Positions 33,788 through 44,176 of a stretch of 55,186 nucleotides of DNA are shown piece after piece. Origin of the DNA: Candidatus Fermentibacteraceae bacterium (lineage in GTDB: Bacteria; Fermentibacterota; Fermentibacteria; Fermentibacterales; JCC-6); contig JAUVIS010000001.1 of the NCBI GenBank assembly GCA_030592635.1, positions 1 through 55,186 of the forward strand, given 5' to 3'. Positions within the stretch are counted from its first letter, which is position 1; each line of letters starts with the position of its first letter. Below the pieces are notes generated by a model, which worked only from the letters and a program-made list of their open reading frames with translations, made no database searches and was not told the DNA's origin. The translations under genes were made by a program, and so were the position numbers.

Positions 33788-33854
33788 ACTAATAGTGTCC
33801 TGTCATGTGTGAAGTGGTACATAATTGGAAAGTCAGTTGATGCCTGACTGGATG

Positions 33855-36065
33855 CTAATTCCCTCCCTGACCAAAGTTTTTATCGAATTCGTTGAATTCA
33901 CCAAGGGTTGTATCTGCAGCTAAACCTGTACTGTCCGTGTGAAGCTCACATACGGTGGCAGGTGCGGTTCCTTTCCAGAACATTTCACTCCTTGAATGCT
34001 CGGCGCATGCGGCGCTGGCAAGCTGCCCTGTGACCCTGCAGATAATAACTTCCTCAATCTCATCCGGTTCGGGCCCGGGAAACTCGGGAGCCATGGAGGC
34101 ATCAGCATCAGCAAAAGCTCTACGCATGAAGCTGTTCCATACCGGCAGGGCAATGCTGCTTCCGGACTGTCCCCGCCCGTTCTTCAATCTCATTCTTACA
34201 ATATGGTTATCGTATCCAACCCACACTGATGTAACCAGATCCGGGGTAAATCCAACGAACCAGGCATCGGCATAATCACTCGTGGTTCCGGTTTTCCCGC
34301 CGGCTTCTCTGCCAGCGAAAGGTCCTCCCCAGTACCAGTGAGCGCCCGTTGCCGTACCGGCCCTCAGTACGGACTGAAGCATACTGTTCATAAGGTAAGC
34401 TCCTGTGACACTGAGAACTCTTCTGCCGGGATCCGGCTGCTCATTGCTCTCCAGAAGATTACCGTACCTGTCCTCAACCTTTAGAATGGCTGTTGAGTTC
34501 CTCGCAATACCTCCAGTGGCAAAAGGTATGTATGCGCGAGCCATCTCAAGAGGATTGGCCATGCAGCTGCCCAGTGGAAGTGAATGAACAATGGGAAGCC
34601 GTGAGCTTATTCCCATCGCAGTGGCTCTTGCGGCTCCTGTTTCAATACCTACCGCATTTCCAAGTCTGACTGCGCTCACATTAAAAGACCTTGCAAGTGC
34701 TTCTCTGAGTGTAACCATCCCGTGGAATTCTCTATCGTAGTTTCTGGGGCGCCATGATCCAGGATTCAGCTCAACAACTACAGGTTGATCCAGAATGACA
34801 CTTCCGGGAGACCAGCCCTGCTCTATCGCCTCAGCATAGAAAAAAGGTTTAAATGAACTTCCCGGCTGCCGTCTTGATTGTGTCGCTCTGTTGAATTCGC
34901 TGTCCTGGAAATCCCTGCCTCCAACCATGGCCTTGATGTAACCAGTGGTGGGATCAATAGCCACCAGAGCGCCCTGAATGTAGTTGGGAGCTCCGGAAGT
35001 GGTATCTTTAACCGCCTGCCAGTGAACCCATGAACTCTCAAATCTGAGTCTTTCTTCATTCTGTAACCAGCTGTCTGTGACTGGATCCCATACCGGTTCT
35101 TTCTCCGTCAGTATACTGTCAATGGCCAGCCTGGCGCTCTCCTGTAAGTGCGGGTCCAGGGTTGTGTATACTTCCAGACCCTGTTCATAAACTGCGGACC
35201 ATCCGTACCTGCCAACCAGGTACTGTCTTACATACTCCGTAAAGTAATCCCAGTCCTGCTCAAGCTCATACCTGTGAACATCCACGCCCAGAGGAAGTTC
35301 AGAGGTTTCCTCTTTCTGCTCAGCAGTTATTACTCCAAAATCCTCCATCATAAACAGAGCGAGATTCCTCTGAAAAAGACATCTCTCCGGATTGCGAAGC
35401 GGATTGAAGCCACTGGGATTCTTTACCATTCTCACCAGCATAGCTGACTGGGAAAGGGTCAATTCCTCTGCCGCGATTCCACCGAAATAAGTCCTGGCGG
35501 CGGCTTCTATACCATGAGCGCCTGAACCGAAGTATATCTGGTTCAGATACATCTCCATTATTTCGTCTTTGCTGAACTGCCTTTCAATCTCCATGGCGAT
35601 GAATGCTTCCTGAAGCTTTCGCTGAAAGGTCTGGTCCTGAACAAGGAAGAGTCCCCTGGCAAGCTGCTGTGTAATGGTACTTCCACCGTGTTTGTCACCG
35701 CTTCGGAGGTTATGAAGCATGGATCGGCCTATACCCTGAAGATCCACTCCCCCGTGGGCATAGAAATTCCTGTCCTCCGTGGCTACAAATCCTCTGATTA
35801 CCCAGGGACTCACCTGATCGAGAGTCACAGGATATCTGTTTTCAACAAAAGCTGTGGCCAGTTGATTTCCGTAACAGTCGTATATCCTTGTGGCGCTTAC
35901 CGGTTCGCTGCCGCGGAGCCCCGCTACCAGAAGGTTTCCTCTGGCCTGACGGAAGGCCACAGCACTGTCATTCCACACCCGGTAAAGAAAACCCGCGCTG
36001 AAGGAAGCCCCCACTATCGCAGTGACAACAAGCCAGTAAACGGCGGCGGTAAAAACTTTTTTCAT
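33855..36065 (-). CDS. mrcA: Bifunctional penicillin-binding protein 1A family (GT51 transglycosylase + transpeptidase)
   Basis: GT51 motifs EDRNFYAHGGVD and GGSTITQQLAR. Transpeptidase motifs SSFKPF (SxxK), SFN and KTGTT. Confidence 0.93.
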   Translation of the reverse strand: MKKVFTAAVYWLVVTAIVGASFSAGFLYRVWNDSAVAFRQARGNLLVAGLRGSEPVSATRIYDCYGNQLATAFVENRYPVTLDQVSPWVIRGFVATEDRNFYAHGGVDLQGIGRSMLHNLRSGDKHGGSTITQQLARGLFLVQDQTFQRKLQEAFIAMEIERQFSKDEIMEMYLNQIYFGSGAHGIEAAARTYFGGIAAEELTLSQSAMLVRMVKNPSGFNPLRNPERCLFQRNLALFMMEDFGVITAEQKEETSELPLGVDVHRYELEQDWDYFTEYVRQYLVGRYGWSAVYEQGLEVYTTLDPHLQESARLAIDSILTEKEPVWDPVTDSWLQNEERLRFESSWVHWQAVKDTTSGAPNYIQGALVAIDPTTGYIKAMVGGRDFQDSEFNRATQSRRQPGSSFKPFFYAEAIEQGWSPGSVILDQPVVVELNPGSWRPRNYDREFHGMVTLREALARSFNVSAVRLGNAVGIETGAARATAMGISSRLPIVHSLPLGSCMANPLEMARAYIPFATGGIARNSTAILKVEDRYGNLLESNEQPDPGRRVLSVTGAYLMNSMLQSVLRAGTATGAHWYWGGPFAGREAGGKTGTTSDYADAWFVGFTPDLVTSVWVGYDNHIVRMRLKNGRGQSGSSIALPVWNSFMRRAFADADASMAPEFPGPEPDEIEEVIICRVTGQLASAACAEHSRSEMFWKGTAPATVCELHTDSTGLAADTTLGEFNEFDKNFGQGGN

Positions 36066-37474
36066 TACTGATTGTCTCCGCGAAGAAGCGGACTTTCTAT
36101 GAGTTCATCGTCAAGAGAGCCTGAAGAATCCGCCGATACGCAGGTTCTCTTGAAAAACGGCTGATCGTCGTGATTAAGGGACAGTTCATATTCGTAGTCC
36201 CCGGTGTTGCCGACAAGCACAACACTGCGGTTGCCCAGCGGCGATGTCTGGGTGCCGAACTGGCCGTGATAGTCGCTGTTGAAATCCTTCCAGCTCCTCC
36301 AGACAAGAGTGTACCCTGTGGGTGTTCCCAGAAACAGGTAGAGATCCCCTGCCCAGTAGAGCACCCGCTCGGGATCAAGATCCCCGTTCATATCAACACC
36401 CAGAGCCCGCCAGATTGGAATTCCAATATCGTTCTCTGTCTTCTGTTCAAGCTGATGAGGATCCAGATGCACCAGAAGGTGTTCCAGAGGCTCACTGTTC
36501 CCGCAGGTAAGAAGTACCGGGTAAATACTGGAGAGTGTGTCATTCCACAGCACAAGCTCGTTTACAGAATGGAACACGCTTTCGAGAAATGCTATTCTCG
36601 CTGCCTCTTCCTCGACATCCGGTCTCATCCATGTTCCGGTCTGGCGAAGGTTCTGCATTGCCTCGTGATTCGCTCTCAGAACTGCTTTTCTCAGGTAGGC
36701 AAGTTCCCGCCAGGCAGCGATCAACTCTCTCAGCTCAACGGGAACATCCATTATCTGAAAAGTGGCCCTGTCCTGAACTATCTGCAGCTTGGCAGCGGTT
36801 CTTACATTGCTCAAGGCAAGAGTTGCGTAACTCTCATTCGAAAGCTCCACAATATAGTCCGCGAAATCAGCGCCGTTCTCCTCGGCTGCATACCATGAAG
36901 CCCAGCTGATCTGATGATCCAGTTCACAATCGTCCAGGAGCATGCTCGCGATGCGCATTTCCCGTCTTATCGCCGGATTCTGCAGCACCATGGATGCCTG
37001 AGTCTGCACGCTGAGTGAATCAAGAACATCTCTGGGAAGTTCGCTTTCAACTTTTTCTATAAGCCATTGTCCATCAATAAGTACAAAATCCAGACGGATT
37101 ACCGGAGGCAGCTCCTCAAGTCTTGCTATGGCGCAGTAGTAGCTGGTTCTGTTAAGACTGTCTTCCCCTGTTACTGTTTCAGTCAGGCGCCCGCCTGAAT
37201 CAAATCCCCGCCATCTTCCAAAAACTTCCCACGGTGAGAGTTGAAGATCCCGGACAGAATCCCTGAATGCCGGTTCGAGATAATCAAAACACTGAGGATC
37301 ATTCATTCCCAGGTTATTTGAAAATCTGAGCCCCACTGAAAGGGGAGTATCGGGAATTGTTCTTATTGCTGTCGTGTCTGCCGGGATATCCTGCCGGGCG
37401 GACTCCGGAGCCCTGCTGCACGATACCAGTACCAGAAGGACAGTGACCGGCAAGATCAGAATAAGCCTTTTCAT
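36065..37474 (-). CDS. Putative lipoprotein, function unknown
   Basis: Signal sequence plus lipobox (LLVLVSC). 469-aa ORF overlapping its neighbours by 1 and 4 nt. Confidence 0.6.
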   Translation of the reverse strand: MKRLILILPVTVLLVLVSCSRAPESARQDIPADTTAIRTIPDTPLSVGLRFSNNLGMNDPQCFDYLEPAFRDSVRDLQLSPWEVFGRWRGFDSGGRLTETVTGEDSLNRTSYYCAIARLEELPPVIRLDFVLIDGQWLIEKVESELPRDVLDSLSVQTQASMVLQNPAIRREMRIASMLLDDCELDHQISWASWYAAEENGADFADYIVELSNESYATLALSNVRTAAKLQIVQDRATFQIMDVPVELRELIAAWRELAYLRKAVLRANHEAMQNLRQTGTWMRPDVEEEAARIAFLESVFHSVNELVLWNDTLSSIYPVLLTCGNSEPLEHLLVHLDPHQLEQKTENDIGIPIWRALGVDMNGDLDPERVLYWAGDLYLFLGTPTGYTLVWRSWKDFNSDYHGQFGTQTSPLGNRSVVLVGNTGDYEYELSLNHDDQPFFKRTCVSADSSGSLDDELIESPLLRGDNQ

Positions 37475-39174
37475 AATCCCCCCGCAGTTACTCGAACAAG
37501 TTCACTCACTGTGGTAATACCACCGAGAACCTTCCTGATGCCTGCCTCTCTGAGGGTTATCATTCCCCCGGACAAAGCAGCGTCCCTGATTTCATCAAGC
37601 GATGCCCGGCGGGCAAGCCTCTGCCGAATACTCTCATCAACAGGCATAACCTCGAATACGGCAATCCTGCCTCTGTAGCCTGTATTTCTGCATTCTTTGC
37701 ACCCCGCTCCCCGCATCAGCTTTGTTCCGGGTTCAATTCCAACGAGTCCTCGTTCTGTCTCATCGGGAGTGTACTCTTCCCGGCAGTGGGGACAGATTGA
37801 GCGAACCAGCCGCTGAGCGACAATCCCGCGAAGCGTACTCACAAGAAGATAGGGTTCAACTCCCATGTCCATCAGTCTAACCATCGTGGATGCAGTGTCA
37901 TTCGTATGGAGCGTGCTTAAAACCAGATGACCTGTCAGCGCGCTTCTCATTGCGCTGATGGCTGTTTCTCTGTCCCTGATCTCGCCCACCATAATGATAT
38001 CCGGATCCTGCCGGAGAACATGCCTGAGAGCGGTAATGAATGTGAGGTCGATTGCCTTTTGTACCGATATCTGGTTGAACTCATCTGTAATAAACTCAAC
38101 AGGATCCTCAATGGTAACAATGTTGTTCTGTTCTGAGGAAATGGTGATAAGGCTGGAGTAAAGCGTAGTGGTCTTACCGCTCCCTGTGGGACCTGTGACA
38201 AGAACCAGCCCGTTGGGTGAATTGATCATGTCCATGTAAACGCCCATGTCCCTCTTGTCAAAACCGAGAACAGAAAGTTCCTGCATCAGTATGGCGGGAT
38301 CCAGAATTCTCAGGACGATCTTCTCTCCAAACGCAACCGGTACGGTAGAACACCGTATCTCTACCGGTTTTCCATCGTAATGTGTTCTAATTCTTCCATC
38401 CTGGGGGCGTCTCTTCTCCGCGATATTTAATCCCGAAATCATTTTAATTCTGCTTGTAATCGCAAAATGCAGTTTTTTGGGAAGTCTGTAAACCAGGTGC
38501 AGAACACCGTCAATCCTGAACCTGACAATGATGTTCTCCCGGTGAGGTTCTATGTGAATATCGCTTGCTCTCTCTTCAAAGGCATGCTGAAACAGATGAT
38601 TGACAGCGTTGATTACCGGCTTGTCTGTAGGCTCAATTGATCTGTCCGCCGTGCTGTCTACATACCTCTCAAGGTTGCCAATATCTACAATGTCATCACC
38701 GGAAAGCTCTTTCGTAGCGGCCAGGATGGAACTGTGCAGACCGTAGAACTGCTTTATTACCTTGTCTATCGCCCTGGGCCGACTGAGGTGGAGAACAATC
38801 TCCTTTCCCAGCATGTTCGCCATATCATCGATCTGAACGGGTGTCGGAAGAGTACTGGCAGCCAGAAAAATCCTGCCCCCGTCTTCCTTGAAAGCTACAA
38901 TTCCCTTCGCCTGAGCGTAGGCTCCGGGAAGACACTCCGTAACAACCTGATAATCAAGATCAAGAGGATCAAGATCCGTGTAAGGTACTCCGGCAAGCTC
39001 TGCCATGTGTTTGTACAGCTTTTCTTCACCGATAATACCGCTGGAAACCAGAAGACTCAGCGTATCCTCACTGGAATTTTCAGACAGTCTCTGAAACCTT
39101 TTATAAACTGACTCGGAGATCAAGCCGTCCCTCAAAAGGGTATCGGGCACTGCTTCAGGACTGATCATCCGCAT
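37471..39174 (-). CDS. GspE/PilB-family secretion ATPase (type II secretion / type IV pilus assembly)
   Basis: N-terminal T2SSE_N-like domain, Walker A GPTGSGKTTT, Asp/His boxes and the tetracysteine motif CPHC...CKEC. Confidence 0.9.
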   Translation of the reverse strand: MRMISPEAVPDTLLRDGLISESVYKRFQRLSENSSEDTLSLLVSSGIIGEEKLYKHMAELAGVPYTDLDPLDLDYQVVTECLPGAYAQAKGIVAFKEDGGRIFLAASTLPTPVQIDDMANMLGKEIVLHLSRPRAIDKVIKQFYGLHSSILAATKELSGDDIVDIGNLERYVDSTADRSIEPTDKPVINAVNHLFQHAFEERASDIHIEPHRENIIVRFRIDGVLHLVYRLPKKLHFAITSRIKMISGLNIAEKRRPQDGRIRTHYDGKPVEIRCSTVPVAFGEKIVLRILDPAILMQELSVLGFDKRDMGVYMDMINSPNGLVLVTGPTGSGKTTTLYSSLITISSEQNNIVTIEDPVEFITDEFNQISVQKAIDLTFITALRHVLRQDPDIIMVGEIRDRETAISAMRSALTGHLVLSTLHTNDTASTMVRLMDMGVEPYLLVSTLRGIVAQRLVRSICPHCREEYTPDETERGLVGIEPGTKLMRGAGCKECRNTGYRGRIAVFEVMPVDESIRQRLARRASLDEIRDAALSGGMITLREAGIRKVLGGITTVSELVRVTAGGL

Positions 39175-40451
39175 CAGCGAATCTCCTCAAGGATCAGAGC
39201 GTCAGATGGCGCATCCCACCTGAAACTGCAGCTGATAGTGTTGATGGCCTCTTTCGCCGCATCTCGATGAGCAGCATGAACCCTGCCGAGAAGCTGCCCG
39301 TTCTCTACGGGAAATCCGCATGGCACTTCCTGCTCCCAGCCCACCAGGGGATCCACTCTGTCCTCGACTCTGTATCTCCCGCCGCCAAGTTTCCGAACGG
39401 CGTTCCCCACTGCAAGAGCATCGGGCCCGCGCCAGTAACCGGTTCGGGAAGCACGCACATCCATAACAACCGGCGCGAGAGGAAGCGCTTCAAAGGCTGC
39501 AATATCGCCTCCCTGAGCCTCAACCATCTCCACGAACACATCCATAGCCCTGCCGGAGAGCAGGCTTTCCCTGCAAAGCTCTTCTCCGTTGTCTATTCCC
39601 GCGTGCGCGGCCATTTCCGCGACGAGCGCGACGGTGAGGTCTGTAGAGTCAGCGGGACCTTTGTTCCTGAGAATATTAAGAGATTCCTGCACCTCAAGAG
39701 CATTACCGGCGGTAAGTCCTGTGGGATGATTCATGGATGTTATCAAGGCGCTGGCTTTTTTCCCTGACATTTTAGAAATTCGTACCAGTGTTCGTGCCAG
39801 TTCACCTGCGTCTTCCCGTGTATTCATAAACGCTCCGGTTCCGCATTTTACATCAAAGACGATAATGTCCGGGTTTTCAGCCAGCTTCTTGGAAAGAATG
39901 CTGGCACAGATCAGTGGAATAGAGGTAACTGTGGAAGTAGCGTCTCTGAGGGAGTACAGTATTCTGTCAGCAGGAGCAAGCCGGTCGGTCTGCCCGATCA
40001 TGCAGACTCCAACATCAGCCGTCTGCTCCTTGAACTGCTCAAGGGTCAGATTGACATTAAAGCCGGGAATCGATTCAAGTTTATCAAGTGTTCCACCGGT
40101 ATGTCCCAACCCTCTGCCGCTGATCATGGGTACTCTGATCCCTATTGATGCCGCAAGAGGCGCCAGAATAAGAGACATCTTGTCTCCCACTCCGCCGGTG
40201 CTGTGTTTATCAGCCAGAGGGCTAAGTGATTTATCCCACTGAACAACTGTGCCGCTGTCACGCATAGCCATGGTAAGAGCAAGAGTTTCATCTGAATCAA
40301 GACCGTTGATGTAGGCTGCCATGAGAAAAGCACTTGCCTGGTAGTCAGTAACAGTTCCATCAGCAATACCGGAGGCAAATCTGTACAAGTCTTCGCGGGA
40401 AAGAGGCTTCGAGTCTCTTTTCGCTCTGAGTATGTCTGTTATCACAGCCAC
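39174..40451 (-). CDS. deoA: Thymidine / pyrimidine-nucleoside phosphorylase
   Basis: SAFLMAAYINGL, DKHSTGGVGDK and SGRGLGHTGGTLDKLESIPGF are signature motifs of this family. Confidence 0.9.
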   Translation of the reverse strand: MAVITDILRAKRDSKPLSREDLYRFASGIADGTVTDYQASAFLMAAYINGLDSDETLALTMAMRDSGTVVQWDKSLSPLADKHSTGGVGDKMSLILAPLAASIGIRVPMISGRGLGHTGGTLDKLESIPGFNVNLTLEQFKEQTADVGVCMIGQTDRLAPADRILYSLRDATSTVTSIPLICASILSKKLAENPDIIVFDVKCGTGAFMNTREDAGELARTLVRISKMSGKKASALITSMNHPTGLTAGNALEVQESLNILRNKGPADSTDLTVALVAEMAAHAGIDNGEELCRESLLSGRAMDVFVEMVEAQGGDIAAFEALPLAPVVMDVRASRTGYWRGPDALAVGNAVRKLGGGRYRVEDRVDPLVGWEQEVPCGFPVENGQLLGRVHAAHRDAAKEAINTISCSFRWDAPSDALILEEIR

Positions 40452-41470
40452 GAAACAAAATCCAGTACCTTGAAATACTCAAGAGCAAAGGCAGCAGCCA
40501 CGGCACCGGTCACCCCCAGAAGTATCCAGAACATCAGGCTCTTTTTCGGTGATTTCAGGCTTTCAACAAATTCTCCCACAGAAGTGGTTCCTTCCGTTAT
40601 TGACGGATGTCTTACCTCATCATAACTGAAGATTATTCTCTTTCTGAGCAGGGATTTGAGTTTTGCCGCAGACTCAATCGTCACCTCGGAATCACCCGAT
40701 ATGACGGTATAGGGAACTTCCTGAGTTTCATCATGTTCTTCCGCGATGTCTATGATTTCGCTGAAGGGCTGCCCGGGCAGAGTGGCCTCTTTCTCCCCTT
40801 CCGGCTGTTCTTCCTGTAGAACCGGTTTATCAGATTCGATAGTGTCACCGGGACTGTGTTCGGGCATCTCGGGAAGAGATTCATCCTCAACCCTGCCGTG
40901 AGCTGCCAGTGGCCAGTCTTCAAGGTCAAAGAGCCCGCAGCGACTCACAGATTCCCAGGCCTTGCCGTCAAGAGATATCTCAGCTTCCACCGGAACCCTT
41001 GACTCCTTTATCCATCCCCTGATGATTTTAACATCAGTCGCGGGGAACTCCCGGCCGTCAATTCGAAGAACAGGGCGGGCGGGTTTTCCATTCATCTGTC
41101 TTCTGAGATTTGAAGCGAGGGCAGGAAGGGCTGATGCTTTGACTCCGCCGGGAGGGGTTCTCGGACCCTCCACCACGGCATCCTCTGTGATCCGTCCCTC
41201 TTCCGCCCACTTGACAATTGTCTCGAACTGATGAGCCTTGAATACTCCTGTCTTCATGGTGATAATCCACTGGCTGTCCGGATTCAGGATTAAGGCGAAT
41301 TCAGGCTCGTCCATTATCGAAAGCCATTCTTCAGACCCCGCGACTCTGAAACTGTCTTCAGCAGTTACTCTGGACTCCAGAACCCAGCTCTTCAGCTCAC
41401 TGAATTCGGAGGCTCTGTGAATCTTACCGCCGTGTTTCAGCTCATAGGCACCGCTTCCACTACCGGACAT
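40442..41470 (-). CDS. Membrane-anchored protein with three GYF_2-like (DUF4339-like) modules
   Basis: Three similar ~45-aa modules (e.g. YELKHGGKIHRASEFSELKSWVLESRVTAEDSFRVAGSEEW), an acidic linker and a C-terminal TM segment. The ATG at 41470 follows an AGGAGG SD. The ORF track begins at GTG 41509. Confidence 0.6.
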   Translation of the reverse strand: MSGSGSGAYELKHGGKIHRASEFSELKSWVLESRVTAEDSFRVAGSEEWLSIMDEPEFALILNPDSQWIITMKTGVFKAHQFETIVKWAEEGRITEDAVVEGPRTPPGGVKASALPALASNLRRQMNGKPARPVLRIDGREFPATDVKIIRGWIKESRVPVEAEISLDGKAWESVSRCGLFDLEDWPLAAHGRVEDESLPEMPEHSPGDTIESDKPVLQEEQPEGEKEATLPGQPFSEIIDIAEEHDETQEVPYTVISGDSEVTIESAAKLKSLLRKRIIFSYDEVRHPSITEGTTSVGEFVESLKSPKKSLMFWILLGVTGAVAAAFALEYFKVLDFVSWL

Positions 41471-41546
41471 TCTCACCCTCCTGTCAGTACTGTTCAACAA
41501 AGGCACCAATCACCTCTAATAGCTCACTGAAACCATTTTGTCAACT

Positions 41547-43472
41547 CTATGGAAGAGAAACAGCTCCATCAAATATAAGGGTATCCGCAACCGCCTCTGA
41601 AACAATAGATTCTTCAAGCCATCCTCTGTTGCCGCATATAGTTATGAGCCTTTCCAAATAGGACATCCAGTGAAACGGCAAAACTCCCCGCGCGGCATAT
41701 CTGTGATACAGCTCAGGTCCCGGCAGAATCGATATCAGAAATGCCGTCTCCCTGACTGAAAGATCAGAGATATTTTCATTAAAATAGTACATCGCGGCAG
41801 AATTAAATCCAAAAACTCCGGGACCCAGCTCGACAATGTTAGCGTAGATCTCCAGAATCCTCTCCTTGGACAGCCACCGTTCCAGTCTCCAGGTAAGAAA
41901 AACCTCCTGCATCTTTCTGGAAAGAGTCTTCTCCCTGCCAAGAAACAGGTTTTTCGCAAGCTGCATGGAAATTGTGGATCCTCCCCTGACAAACCGTCCC
42001 TGCGACATGTTGGCTCTTATTGAATTCCTGATGTGGTATTCGCTGAAGCCGTGATGACTTCTGAAGGACGCGTCTTCAGCGCAACGCAGCAGAGGTTCAA
42101 AGCAGAATGGAAGAGAATCAAAGAAGACAAAGTCAGGATTAGTCAGAGTATCAAGCCCGATACGGGCGCTGTTCCCCCACGAATCCCGCATGAAACATTC
42201 CGCCCCGCTGCGATTTCTGATTCTTCCGAATGTAATCGGGCTGCTGCTCACCGTGAGCCGGGATGCGTCAATATCCAGACTGATATCGCAGCTGTCAGGA
42301 TAATCCCAGTCCAGAGTAAGCTCAGTAAATATGGACAGCTCCCCGCCAAGCACAAGTCCTCTGAGACATCCGAAAAACTCCGGAGGTATGGATGCGGTAA
42401 TAGCTTCTCCGGACAGTGCGGGGTTGGACACTGCCAGATTCAGCTTCCTTCTCTCTTCCCAGGAATATCGCAGATTAAAAGCCAGATCCACTTCATACGA
42501 GTTGATTGTGCCTGAATCAACAACCACAAGCCCCGGTTCTCTGAGAAAAAAGCCTGTGCAGGATAAAGCTGCTTCTGTTGAAAATGTATCCGGAGCCACT
42601 GAAGCACTCCAGATGGAAACGCTGTCAAATCGCAGATCAGTAGAGAAAAAGATGGTGTCACCTCCCGGAAAGGTCACAGAAAGCGAGCCGGAAGGCACAG
42701 CTGTCATTATGGCCCCGGAAGAAAGGCTGTCCAGAAGAGCCATTGCCGGATCTGCAATCTGGGAAAAATCCATACTGAAGCTGGCGGAGGGCTGATTCTC
42801 CCGCAGGCGGTACTCAAATGACACCGATGATGATTTCCCGTCGATTTCGGTAATGAGACCCATGATAGACGGAACCCGTCCGAGAACCCCTGTACAACGA
42901 CCGGAAACAGTGTGTCCCCGAACCAGATCAGGAACTGCTCCCTCCATGCCGGGAATACTTGAGCAGTGGCTGAACAAAACGGAAATGCTGTCGCCCGAGC
43001 GGTTGATGAACAACTCTCCCCAGGCGCCTCCGGCACAGCCCGTATCAATCCCGTTTATCCGAGTCCCGTAAAATTCAGTGCTGTACATCGGAATTGTACC
43101 GTCAACAACAGATATCACCGGCAGATCATTTGATATTGATTGGAAACCGGAAGACTCACCGGGAGTATCCGGGTAAATCACCACCCCCTCAAGAACCACA
43201 TGAAGAGGAACAGGGTGAAGCGCGTCTCCTCCCAGAAGCACAGAAGTCTTTCCGGAAAACAAACCGCTGCCGGGCATCCGGAGATTTCTAACAGCAAGTG
43301 AATTCAGCCCGTACTCCAGACCTTCAAAGGTACACCCCTCATCAAATTCTGCGAGACGGTTCTTCACTGCGATTGATACCATTGTGTGGAATAAAAATAT
43401 CAGCAAAATCGCGGAAAGAAAAAATATACCCAGTCTCAGAAAAGAGATGGACTGTTTTCCTGTTCCCGTCAT
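41547..43472 (-). CDS. Membrane-anchored protein with a C-terminal GT51 peptidoglycan glycosyltransferase domain and no transpeptidase domain
   Basis: N-terminal TM segment, about 430 aa of unassigned sequence, then EDASFRSHHGF, RGGSTISMQLAKNLF and RILEIYANIVELGPG (GT51 motifs). Confidence 0.75.
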   Translation of the reverse strand: MTGTGKQSISFLRLGIFFLSAILLIFLFHTMVSIAVKNRLAEFDEGCTFEGLEYGLNSLAVRNLRMPGSGLFSGKTSVLLGGDALHPVPLHVVLEGVVIYPDTPGESSGFQSISNDLPVISVVDGTIPMYSTEFYGTRINGIDTGCAGGAWGELFINRSGDSISVLFSHCSSIPGMEGAVPDLVRGHTVSGRCTGVLGRVPSIMGLITEIDGKSSSVSFEYRLRENQPSASFSMDFSQIADPAMALLDSLSSGAIMTAVPSGSLSVTFPGGDTIFFSTDLRFDSVSIWSASVAPDTFSTEAALSCTGFFLREPGLVVVDSGTINSYEVDLAFNLRYSWEERRKLNLAVSNPALSGEAITASIPPEFFGCLRGLVLGGELSIFTELTLDWDYPDSCDISLDIDASRLTVSSSPITFGRIRNRSGAECFMRDSWGNSARIGLDTLTNPDFVFFDSLPFCFEPLLRCAEDASFRSHHGFSEYHIRNSIRANMSQGRFVRGGSTISMQLAKNLFLGREKTLSRKMQEVFLTWRLERWLSKERILEIYANIVELGPGVFGFNSAAMYYFNENISDLSVRETAFLISILPGPELYHRYAARGVLPFHWMSYLERLITICGNRGWLEESIVSEAVADTLIFDGAVSLP

Positions 43473-44176
43473 CAGCAGTTCAGAGCTTCTTCTATCTCCC
43501 GCAGAATTGCTTCAGCAGCCAGAGCCGGATCAGCGGCACCGGTAATTGGTCTGCCTACCACAAGGGATGTCGCGCCTGCTCTAATTGCCTCAAAAGGGGT
43601 CATTATTCTCTTCTGATCGCCGGCGGCTGATCCGGCGGGACGAACTCCGGGTGTAATGATCACAAAGTCTTCTCCGGCGGTTTCCCGAACAACAGAAGCT
43701 TCGAGCGGAGAGCAGACCACACCGTGAAGCCCCGATTCTCTGGCTGCTCCCGCGAGGGATGCCACTGCCTCAAGCGGACTGAACTCAGAACCCAGGAGCA
43801 TCAAGTCATTCCTGTCCATACTTGTCAGTACGGTTACGGCAATTATCTTTGTTTTGCCAGTACACGCCCGGGCCGCGGCTTCCATCATGGCTCTTCCTCC
43901 CGATGCATGAACATTGATAACATCGGGTTCAAGAAGACAGGCGGATCTTACGGCACCAGCCACCGTGTAGGGAATGTCGTGAAATTTCAGATCAAGAAAT
44001 ACAGGGAATCCGGCATCTTTTATCTCTTTAACTATGCCGGGTCCTTCTTTAACAAACAATTCAAGTCCAATTTTAACTCCCACGGGAAGTCCCCCGAGAG
44101 GTTGAAGCATCTTCATGGCATCACTGCCGCAATCACTGGTAAGAGCTACATAAATTCGAACATCACTCATTTCCAA
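43472..44176 (-). CDS. pyrF: Orotidine 5'-phosphate decarboxylase
   Basis: Motifs GVKIGLELF, FLDLKFHDIP and LVVGRPIT. Confidence 0.9.
   Translation of the reverse strand: MEMSDVRIYVALTSDCGSDAMKMLQPLGGLPVGVKIGLELFVKEGPGIVKEIKDAGFPVFLDLKFHDIPYTVAGAVRSACLLEPDVINVHASGGRAMMEAAARACTGKTKIIAVTVLTSMDRNDLMLLGSEFSPLEAVASLAGAARESGLHGVVCSPLEASVVRETAGEDFVIITPGVRPAGSAAGDQKRIMTPFEAIRAGATSLVVGRPITGAADPALAAEAILREIEEALNC

Noticed and set aside
33242-33847. 201-aa plus-strand ORF
   Set aside because: It is antisense to the TPR gene 32987..33787 and has no motifs. The same applies to the other long antisense ORFs at 36170..36898, 49346..50071, 18274..18921, 14702..15382, 39733..40242 and 45403..45960.
37471-39174. 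GspE/PilB ATPase as part of a secretion or pilus gene cluster
   Set aside because: No GspF/PilC, pilin, secretin or PilM-Q genes are adjacent in this window. The neighbours are a lipoprotein and thymidine phosphorylase. It is therefore reported only as an isolated ATPase gene.
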